Source of the DNA: Candidatus Dadabacteria bacterium
GTDB lineage: Bacteria > Desulfobacterota_D > UBA1144 > Nemesobacterales > CSP1-2
Assembly (NCBI GenBank): GCA_040289575.1
Contig: PSLL01000011.1
Span: 64,092-79,046 of the forward strand
DNA: 14,955 bases
Reading direction: 5' to 3'
This document shows positions 8,682-14,955 of the stretch, one piece after another (position 1 is the stretch's first letter; every line of letters begins with the position of its first letter). A model generated the notes under the pieces. That model saw only the letters and a list, made by a program, of their open reading frames with translations, was not told the origin of the DNA and searched no databases. The position numbers and the translations under genes are program-made.

Positions 8682-8831
8682 ATATCAAATCTGGTTGATT
8701 AGTAACTGTATAGTATATCATCTGAACCATTTGATGTCTCGGCGTAAACTCCGTGAAGTATCTCCGTTTACATGGATTCTTCGCCTTCGGCTCAGGATGA
8801 CATGTACACTGTGTTTATCCGGATTTGATAT
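8682..8831. mobile_element. 150-bp non-autonomous element (MITE/REP-like) with terminal inverted repeats and an internal palindrome
   Basis: Left end ATATCAAATCTGGTTGA matches the reverse complement of the right end (ATATCAAATCCGGATAA) at 14/17, and 12/13 at the outer ends. Internal degenerate palindrome 8716-8802 ends GATTCTTCGCCTTCGGCTCAGGATGACA. Confidence 0.65.
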
Positions 8832-9009
8832 TATTTCTCATCTCCTCGATGTACACATCATCAAATTGCATTTACCTGTATGGTGTGGGTAGATGGTTAT
8901 GATACATGATAATATTAGATACCTCAATTATTTTGGGTAAGGAAGCGCGGTGGATAACAGATGTAATTGCAAGAGCATAAATCAAAAGTCAGGTCTCGAC
9001 ATTTTACTG

Positions 9010-9038
9010 TTGATGAAGATAAAAAAATAGCATAAGAT
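9010..9038 (+). promoter_or_regulatory. Possible sigma70 promoter of the LLM gene
   Basis: TTGATG-N17-TAAGAT, 27 bp upstream of ATG 9066. Confidence 0.35.
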
Positions 9039-9065
9039 GATTATATTTGATAAAAAGAGGCGCGC

Positions 9066-10151
9066 ATGCAATACGGTTACTTTACGATGCCTTTGCATCC
9101 CCCTGGGTCTGACTATACTCAGGCTCTTGATGAAGACCTGGAACAGATTATAGTGCTCGATCGCCTGGGCTACCGAGAGGCGTGGATTGGTGAGCACTTT
9201 ACAGCCGCTTGGGAAAATATTCCCGCCCCCGACCTTCTAATTGCAAAGGCTATTCCCTTAACTAGGAACATAATACTCGGCACCGGTGTTTCATGCCTGC
9301 CGAACCACGACCCTTTTGTGCTTGCCCACAGAATAGCAGTCCTCGATCACCTTGCGAAGGGGCGGTTTTACTGGGGTGTAGGAGCAGGGAGTTTTATCGG
9401 CGATTTTGAGGCGTTTGGAATTAATCCCAAGACAGGGGAGCAGAGGAATCTAACCAATGAATCGCTGGACTTCATTCTCAATCTGTGGAATAACCCCAAA
9501 CCCGGAATCTATGGAAATAGCAGGTGGAGATTTTGCGTCCCAAGACCCCAAGATGACGTGGGGCTTGGGGTTCATATCAAACCATATCAGAAACCCCATC
9601 CACCGATAGCGGTTGCTGGAATTACGGAAGGCTCAGGAACACTGAGAATTGCAGGCGAAAGGGGATGGATACCCATGAGCATTAATTTTGTAACAAGAGA
9701 CGTTTTAAAAACCCATTGGGCCTCGGTTGAGGAAGGAGCCCAAGAGACCGGAAGGACCGCAGACCGATCGAAGTGGAGAATAGCCAGGGACATATATGTT
9801 GCTGAGACAACGAGAGAAGCCCGCCGAGATGTTAAGGAAGGAACCCTTACAAGGGACTTTACGAATTATTTCTTCAAGATGGTTCCAAAGATCAGGGGAA
9901 ACCTAGACATATTTAAAATTGATAAGACTATGCCTGATTCGGATGTAACCCCTGATTATATGATAGGCAACCTCTGGATTGTTGGAAGTCCCGATCATGT
10001 CATTGAGCAGATTAAAGAATTATATGATTATGTTGGTGGCTTCGGTGTTCTACTTGTAATGGGTCATGAGTGGCATCCCAAAGACCAGTGGGTCCACTCT
10101 ATGGCACTTTTGGCAGAAGAGGTCATGCCGAAATTAAAAGATTTAGGCTAA
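9066..10151 (+). CDS. Luciferase-like (LLM class) flavin-dependent monooxygenase
   Basis: LDRLGYREAWIGEHF, WENIPAP, LGTGV..LPNHDP, LDHLAKGR, KPYQKPHPPIAVAG, IVGSPDHV and LLAEEVMPKL. SD AGAGG at 9056-9060. Confidence 0.92.
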   Translation: MQYGYFTMPLHPPGSDYTQALDEDLEQIIVLDRLGYREAWIGEHFTAAWENIPAPDLLIAKAIPLTRNIILGTGVSCLPNHDPFVLAHRIAVLDHLAKGRFYWGVGAGSFIGDFEAFGINPKTGEQRNLTNESLDFILNLWNNPKPGIYGNSRWRFCVPRPQDDVGLGVHIKPYQKPHPPIAVAGITEGSGTLRIAGERGWIPMSINFVTRDVLKTHWASVEEGAQETGRTADRSKWRIARDIYVAETTREARRDVKEGTLTRDFTNYFFKMVPKIRGNLDIFKIDKTMPDSDVTPDYMIGNLWIVGSPDHVIEQIKELYDYVGGFGVLLVMGHEWHPKDQWVHSMALLAEEVMPKLKDLG

Positions 10152-10172
10152 AGGTCAAGAAAAACTCTGCCC

Positions 10173-10203
10173 TTGACATTTAAGTAATTCGCTTTATTAT
10201 AAT
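10173..10203 (+). promoter_or_regulatory. Sigma70-type promoter upstream of the RSPP leader ORF
   Basis: Perfect TTGACA (10173-10178), with TATTAT at 16-bp spacing and a perfect TATAAT at 19-bp spacing. Confidence 0.6.
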
Positions 10204-10276
10204 AACTAAAATTAATTGATTTACTTAATTGTGGCTGAGTATGGTATGTATTGCTTAGAGGGCGCTGAGTTGAAAA

Positions 10277-10705
10277 ATGAATTCTAGATACATTACCACT
10301 CAGATTTCTAGGCCTATTGGAATTACTAATTGGGATACCATAAAGGTATACTTCTACGTTTTAATTGTAATCTCTATACTCGGAATATTAGGACCAATCC
10401 CTGTATCTAATAAGGTTCAAAACGAATCTTCATTATCTGATCGAAGTTTTCTCGCTCTTTATTCTTTGAACATAAATAATTCAACTAAACAGAGCTATGC
10501 CCTTCTTGAGAATGGTGAGGATAATGATTTCAGCGTGAAAGATTCTCAAGTATTTTCTAAGCTGTTTGCAGTGGCAATTGGGCCTTTAATCCTCTCTTCC
10601 ATTAATCTACAGCGGTGGGAAAATTTATTCAATGAAATAAGGTCTTTTTCTTATATCTTTTCCTTTTCATCACTTCCTTTAAGATCCCCTCCTTTATTTT
10701 TCTGA
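10277..10705 (+). CDS. Membrane-targeted leader protein ending in RSPP; candidate ribosome-arrest peptide
   Basis: N-terminal hydrophobic segment VYFYVLIVISILGILG, Ser/Asn-rich spacer, C-terminus LPLRSPPLFF. A 142-codon open frame in AT-rich DNA directly after a promoter. Confidence 0.65.
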   Translation: MNSRYITTQISRPIGITNWDTIKVYFYVLIVISILGILGPIPVSNKVQNESSLSDRSFLALYSLNINNSTKQSYALLENGEDNDFSVKDSQVFSKLFAVAIGPLILSSINLQRWENLFNEIRSFSYIFSFSSLPLRSPPLFF

Positions 10706-10836
10706 TTTTAGTGTACTCCGCTTAGGCAGAGGTCTTGAAATTTGCTTTAATCTGTCTAAGAGGTGTAGACAAGATTGAATGGTTATTGCGTATAGGGATA
10801 CAGAACCAATTCATTGTAATCAGTTAAATGAGGAGG
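10688..10836 (+). promoter_or_regulatory. Multibranch RNA structure sequestering the SD of the gene at 10842
   Basis: CCTCCT-TTATTTTT-CTGATT (10688-10707) pairs with AATCAG-TTAAATG-AGGAGG (10818-10836). It encloses hairpins 10711-10770 and 10776-10813. Confidence 0.65.
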
Positions 10837-10841
10837 AAAAA

Positions 10842-11243
10842 ATGAGAACACTAAGAGCACTCAAGATAGCAAGAAGAGAATGGGAAAATATCAGAACATC
10901 ACTTGAGATGTGTGGGGATATAGGGGAGTTCGATTCTAAGGACTATATAAATACTAGGCTTATCTCTATATCTGAAGGCCTACTTTTAGTTAGAGACCTT
11001 ATAGAGATGGAGAATAAACTCCCGACTTATGGGTATTTTACGCAAGAGGCTACTTATGTTTTCTCTGCCCTTGCGTCGGGTGCTGCAGAGAGGCTTGGGA
11101 TTATAGGCAGGCTGGCTCAGAGCTTCGGTAGGGGTTATAGCTGGGTTAGAACAGGATGGTTTGATTCAAGCGATATAGAAAATCAGCATGTAATAAAGCA
11201 GATGATCTTCTTTAACCTCTTCTTCCCGATTGAGGAGGATTGA
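10842..11243 (+). CDS. Hypothetical protein (133 aa), possibly frameshifted at its 3' end
   Basis: Strong SD GAGGAGG 10830-10836 before ATG 10842, preferred over 10779. Globular-looking sequence with no family recognised. Confidence 0.7.
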   Translation: MRTLRALKIARREWENIRTSLEMCGDIGEFDSKDYINTRLISISEGLLLVRDLIEMENKLPTYGYFTQEATYVFSALASGAAERLGIIGRLAQSFGRGYSWVRTGWFDSSDIENQHVIKQMIFFNLFFPIEED

Positions 11244-11256
11244 GGTAAAGGTGAGA

Positions 11257-11373
11257 ATGAAAACTGTATTCGATAAGTTTGTCGCGTGGCAGGATGCGCC
11301 AAAGAGCTATATTCTGGATGTTAGAAGGTATAGGGATCGGCTATGGGACTTCTTTGGCTCGGTTTACCATTAA
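11257..11373 (+). CDS. 38-aa ORF: either an independent small protein or the out-of-frame C-terminus of the 10842 gene
   Basis: MKTVFDKFVAWQDAPKSYILDVRRYRDRLWDFFGSVYH, in the +1 frame relative to the upstream ORF. GAGGT and AAGGTG lie upstream. Confidence 0.45.
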   Translation: MKTVFDKFVAWQDAPKSYILDVRRYRDRLWDFFGSVYH

Positions 11374-11490
11374 CTCTGATCTTCTATAGCTTCTGACAAA
11401 AATTTATTGAAATGTGGTTCCTTGAGGCTGTTTTTTTGAAGGAATAGGTTGCCCGGGAACCCCCAAATCCTCAAAAAGGAGGTGAGAAAA

Positions 11491-11811
11491 ATGAGGAGAA
11501 TAATCACTTTCGTTGCCGTTCTAGGTTTTATCTCAACCGCCAGCATCGGTCTTGCAGCGACAAAAATGGGTTCAAAAGAAACAGTGTGGGTATCCGGTAA
11601 AGTCACAGCGATTGAAAACGGTATTCTCAGTCTGAGGGAATCTAACGGTCAAACCTTTAAGGTTGCAGCAAAAAGCGACAAGCTTAAAGGGATACACGTA
11701 GGCGAAAGGATCGCTGTAGAGGATATAAATGGCTGGGCGGTCTCTATCAATAAGGAAGCGGGGAAGAGGACGGCGAAGAGCCATACTGGTCTAGCGCATA
11801 AACAGGGATAG
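11491..11811 (+). CDS. Small secreted beta-rich (OB-fold-like) protein
   Basis: SD AAGGAGGTG 11476-11484. Signal peptide MRRIITFVAVLGFISTASIGLA. VSGKVTAIE...GIHVGERIAVE pattern typical of small periplasmic OB-fold barrels. Confidence 0.75.
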   Translation: MRRIITFVAVLGFISTASIGLAATKMGSKETVWVSGKVTAIENGILSLRESNGQTFKVAAKSDKLKGIHVGERIAVEDINGWAVSINKEAGKRTAKSHTGLAHKQG

Positions 11812-11835
11812 CAATCTCAATTATTGAGCCTCAGG

Positions 11836-11862
11836 GGGGGTGGAAATTTATTCTCCATCCCC
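11836..11862 (+). terminator. GC-rich hairpin after the secreted-protein gene
   Basis: GGGGGTGGA...TCCATCCCC 9-bp stem with one GU pair. There is no U-tract, so it may be a stability or processing hairpin instead. Confidence 0.35.
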
Positions 11863-11927
11863 GATAATCGTTTAGAAGATAAGATATCCCAGATTAGAAC
11901 TTGGAATATTATGGAGGTATAAAAGAG

Positions 11928-12095
11928 ATGAGAGAAGAAAATAACATAAATGCGATTTTGTGGGAGATTCGACGTTTAAAAGAAGAAGCAGAAAAGTTTT
12001 CCTGGTTGCTAGGTGAAGAACTAGCACACAGGATAGTTGAAGCTTTGCAAGAAAAAGAAAACGACGTAATTGAAAACCTTATGTGGTTTGCCTAG
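11928..12095 (+). CDS. Small acidic helical hypothetical protein (55 aa)
   Basis: SD GGAGGT 11913-11918 before ATG 11928. Amphipathic helical sequence; stop lies 26 bp before degP. Confidence 0.65.
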   Translation: MREENNINAILWEIRRLKEEAEKFSWLLGEELAHRIVEALQEKENDVIENLMWFA

Positions 12096-12121
12096 AGAGT
12101 TTTTTTGGTAAGGAGGTAGTT

Positions 12122-13561
12122 ATGAAACGGTCTTTATCATTAGTAATTTTAGTTCCATTAGTCCTTTCTATGGCTTTGATAGCATGTAGGAACTCCCAGG
12201 AGGAAAAGGCAACAAAGAAAAGCGACGATAAGGTAGAAACGACCAGAGTTGAAAACCTTCCGTCATTTGCGGGACTCGTTGAAAAATTAAAGCCATCTGT
12301 TGTAAATATAAGTACAACAAGTGTGGTTCGTGCCAAGGGCTTTTTCAATTTCCCTTCACCGTTTGGTGAAGAAGACCCATTTGAGGAGTTTTTTAAGAGG
12401 TTTTTTGGTGAGATTCCTCAGCAGGAATTCAGACAACACGGGCTTGGTTCCGGGTTTATCATAAGTGGAGATGGATATGTAGTAACGAACAACCACGTGA
12501 TTGATAAAGCTCAGGATATTGAGGTTATCCTTGCAAACAGTGAGAAATACAAAGCCAAGGTTGTAGGTAAGGACCCAAAAACCGATCTTGCTCTTCTTAA
12601 GATTGAGCCTAAAAGGAAACTGCAGGCAGTGACCTTTGGAGACTCAGATAAACTCCAGATAGGGGATTGGGTTATCGCGATAGGAAACCCGTTCGGATTG
12701 GGTCATACGGTTACGGCGGGGATAGTCAGCGCAAAGGGGAGGGTTCTTGGTCTGGGCAACTATGATGACTTTATTCAGACGGATGCGCCGATTAACCCCG
12801 GGAACAGCGGTGGGCCTCTTTTTAACCTTCAGGGACAGGTTGTCGGTGTAAACACCGCAATAGTTGAAGGCGGCCAGGGGATTGGATTTGCCATTCCAAT
12901 TAATATGGCAAAGGATGTGGTTGAGCAGCTCAAAGAGAAAGGAAGGGTGATTCGTGGATGGTTGGGGGTTATGATACAAAATATTACGCCTGAGATTGCC
13001 GAGGGTATGGGTATTAAGGAGACTAAAGGTGCACTAGTAGCGGATGTGACCCCGGGTGGCCCTGCAGAGAAGGTCGGGATAAAAAGAGGAGATATAATAG
13101 TCGAATTTAATGGGCATAGGGTTGAGAAAGTAGTTGACCTTACAAGTATGGTTGCAGTTACTCTACCAGGCACAGAAGTACAAGTAAAGGTTATAAGAGA
13201 AGGGAAGGAAAGAGACATTACCGTTAAGATTGGAGAGCTTACGGAGAAGGCATCAATAGGAGGTGAAAAGGAGTCCAAAGAGAGAATAGGACTAACCGTT
13301 GAGGAGATAACCCCACAGATAGCGAATCAATTTAATCTGGGAGAGGAAAAAGGGGTTGTTGTTACGGATGTGGAGGCGGGTGGCATAGCCGATGAAGCTG
13401 GATTTCAGGTGGGGGATGTAATTCTGGAGATAGGCAGACAACCCATCAAAAATATAGATGATTATGAAAGAGCGGTAGAGAAACTAGAGAAGGGAAAATC
13501 GGTTCTTTTTCTTGTAAAAAGGGGAAAGAACACAATATATATAGGTGTAAAAATTGGGTAG
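12122..13561 (+). CDS. degP: DegP/DegQ (HtrA, Do family) serine endoprotease with two PDZ domains, predicted lipoprotein
   Basis: GLGSGFII, TNNHV (His), TDLAL (Asp), IQTDAPINPGNSGGPL (Ser) and two PDZ domains. SD TAAGGAGG before ATG 12122. Lipobox LIAC at Cys22. Confidence 0.95.
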   Translation: MKRSLSLVILVPLVLSMALIACRNSQEEKATKKSDDKVETTRVENLPSFAGLVEKLKPSVVNISTTSVVRAKGFFNFPSPFGEEDPFEEFFKRFFGEIPQQEFRQHGLGSGFIISGDGYVVTNNHVIDKAQDIEVILANSEKYKAKVVGKDPKTDLALLKIEPKRKLQAVTFGDSDKLQIGDWVIAIGNPFGLGHTVTAGIVSAKGRVLGLGNYDDFIQTDAPINPGNSGGPLFNLQGQVVGVNTAIVEGGQGIGFAIPINMAKDVVEQLKEKGRVIRGWLGVMIQNITPEIAEGMGIKETKGALVADVTPGGPAEKVGIKRGDIIVEFNGHRVEKVVDLTSMVAVTLPGTEVQVKVIREGKERDITVKIGELTEKASIGGEKESKERIGLTVEEITPQIANQFNLGEEKGVVVTDVEAGGIADEAGFQVGDVILEIGRQPIKNIDDYERAVEKLEKGKSVLFLVKRGKNTIYIGVKIG

Positions 13562-13699
13562 AAGTGAATATTACTTGAGTCTCGGGAGAACCAGACGTCA
13601 AATATTCAGGTAGATAGAAACCGTCTGATGACACGAGATGTTATGGTTTAGAAATCCGGCGCGTATTATATAGAAGCGGCTTAAAGCGGGAAATAAAAT

Positions 13700-13990
13700 T
13701 TGTTGTATAAGCGAAGCACAGTTAACAAATTATTATTTGTTGCTTTAATTATCTTTGCCATAATCATTGCCTCCCTATTATTCCTCTATGACGTTTACTG
13801 GTACTTTGCACATGATCTGCCGGATCTCACAAAAATCACCGGATACAGGCCCCGTCTTACAACCGAGGTTTATTCAATTGATGGCAGACTCATAGCCGAG
13901 TTCGGCGGAGAGAGGCGCACATTAATCCCATATGAAGAAATCCCCCCTAATCCATCAGAGAGCGAGATTGATCTCCTCATGCGGGACTAA
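13700..13990 (+). pseudogene. mrcA: Truncated class A penicillin-binding protein (PBP1A-like) remnant
   Basis: N-terminal TM helix, then DLPDLTKITGYRPRLTTEVYSIDGRLIAEFGGERRTLIPYEEIPP, the typical PBP1A N-terminus. The frame ends after 96 aa, before the AEDxxF glycosyltransferase motif. Confidence 0.8.
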
Positions 13991-14047
13991 ATCAAACTTA
14001 CTAAAATCGGTTTAGAAACCTTCCCCAAAATAACAGAAGAGCTTTAT

Positions 14048-14955
14048 TTATCCATCTGTTTTTATCCCCGTAATCTTCTCTACGAGAGACCTTCTCTCAT
14101 CGAGGTCGTATTTGCGCATCATCTCTATCCTTTCAGCCTCGGGCGAGCCGCCGCCATGAATGCTTATGACTGAATACCATCCTCCCTGATAAGACGCGGT
14201 AATATCTTCGAGTAGCCTTGCAATCTTAAGTCTGTGTTCGGAGGAGATGTCTTCCCTGCCTTTGAGGTATCTCGAAAGCCTGTCTTTAATATTTGGAACT
14301 TCCATATCTTCGGGATAAGGCGAAGTCACAAGTATTCCGCCCGAGGTTTCATGAGCGATCTTAAACATATCATATATATGAAGCCCTTGAATGAGCTTTC
14401 CAATATTCGCGTAGACGGGGTCAGGGAAGAAATTCCCCGCGGGAGTCTCTTTTCCAAAAACACAAGAGGCGACGCCGCATGCATAGAATGATTCTACAAA
14501 CTTTATGAGTTCCGAAATCTTATCACGGATGTGCCCGACCTTTTGAGGGTCAAGCCCGTTAAAATCCGCTATAGAAGCCGAAGCGCCTATAATCATATCC
14601 CCAAGCCCCGCCCTACAGCCTATACAGCTTAATCTGTGATGTGTGGCAAAAGCCTCGGTCAGCATTCCTGCAAACTGCCATTCACATGAGAGAAACACCC
14701 TCTCCCAAGGGACAAAGACATCGTCAAAGAGTATCATAGCCGTTGCCTGCCCGTATCTAGAGCTAAGCTCCGCCCCTGAATCCTCTGGACGCCCTGCCTC
14801 GCGGGATACCATCTCAATCCCATTCGCATCAACCGGGATGGCAAAAGAGACGGCATAGTATTTATCCTTTTCAGTCATAGCCCTTGTTGGGAGGACTATT
14901 ATTTCGTGCGTGTATGGTGCGCCGGTTACAATCGCTTTTATTCCCCTTACAACGA
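14048..14955 (-). CDS. 4-hydroxybutyryl-CoA dehydratase / 4-hydroxyphenylacetate 3-hydroxylase family protein (5'-truncated by window)
   Basis: Frame is open to the window end (VVRGIKAIVTGAPYTHEIIVLPTRAM...). Contains DKYYAVSFAIP, FDDVFVPWERVFL, HHRLSCIGC, GDMIIGA and HGGGSPEA. Confidence 0.9.
   Translation of the reverse strand, partial: VVRGIKAIVTGAPYTHEIIVLPTRAMTEKDKYYAVSFAIPVDANGIEMVSREAGRPEDSGAELSSRYGQATAMILFDDVFVPWERVFLSCEWQFAGMLTEAFATHHRLSCIGCRAGLGDMIIGASASIADFNGLDPQKVGHIRDKISELIKFVESFYACGVASCVFGKETPAGNFFPDPVYANIGKLIQGLHIYDMFKIAHETSGGILVTSPYPEDMEVPNIKDRLSRYLKGREDISSEHRLKIARLLEDITASYQGGWYSVISIHGGGSPEAERIEMMRKYDLDERRSLVEKITGIKTDG

Noticed and set aside
8695..8892. 65-aa ORF containing WILRLRLRMT
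   Set aside because: Translation of the palindromic repeat element; no SD and a non-standard start.
10173..10203. MerR-type promoter suggested by TTGACA-N19-TATAAT
   Set aside because: No convincing dyad in the spacer, an alternative -10 exists at 16-bp spacing, and no merR gene is in the window.
11897..11925. SigmaE-type -35 GAACTT upstream of the small gene and degP
   Set aside because: No TCTRA/TCAAA-like -10 at 16-bp spacing, and the position would overlap the SD.
13565..13612. Imperfect hairpin after degP (TGAATAT...ATATTCA)
   Set aside because: Bulged and AT-rich with no U-tract; not enough to call a terminator or ncRNA.
2189..14858. Numerous antisense or nested ORFs in the ORF track (e.g. 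2474-2872, 8250-8528, 12829-13278, 14234-14491)
   Set aside because: Shadow frames of well-supported genes, with no independent motifs.
1..14955. CRISPR arrays, tRNA/rRNA genes, transposases, integrases, phage or defence genes
   Set aside because: No regularly spaced repeats, RNA-gene signatures or corresponding protein motifs were seen.

Overview
Bacterial chromosomal window of roughly 40-45% GC with mostly AGA/AGG Arg codons. The gene style suggests a deltaproteobacterial or Dadabacteria-like organism, but that is inference only. In order it holds the 3' end of gatA, a small CxxC-x8-CxxC protein, rsmI, and a solo amtB with a sigma54-type promoter and tandem NtrC-like boxes. Next come a DAO/sarcosine-oxidase-family FAD oxidoreductase, a divergent mesaconyl-CoA-hydratase-like double-MaoC protein, a CaiC-like CoA ligase, a PsiE-family membrane protein, a 150-bp element with terminal inverted repeats, and a luciferase-like monooxygenase. 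An accessory cluster follows, ending in a lipoprotein DegP/HtrA, then a truncated PBP1A remnant and a divergent 4-hydroxybutyryl-CoA dehydratase-family gene. The most interesting signal is at 10277-10844: a membrane-targeted leader ORF ends in an RSPP (RAPP-like) motif. Its Pro-Pro codons and stop codon can base-pair with the Shine-Dalgarno of the next gene, closing two internal hairpins. This is the architecture of a SecM-like ribosome-arrest translational attenuator, here placed upstream of an unknown gene cluster and DegP rather than sec or yidC genes. All family calls are by motif recognition from memory; no database searches or folding calculations were run.
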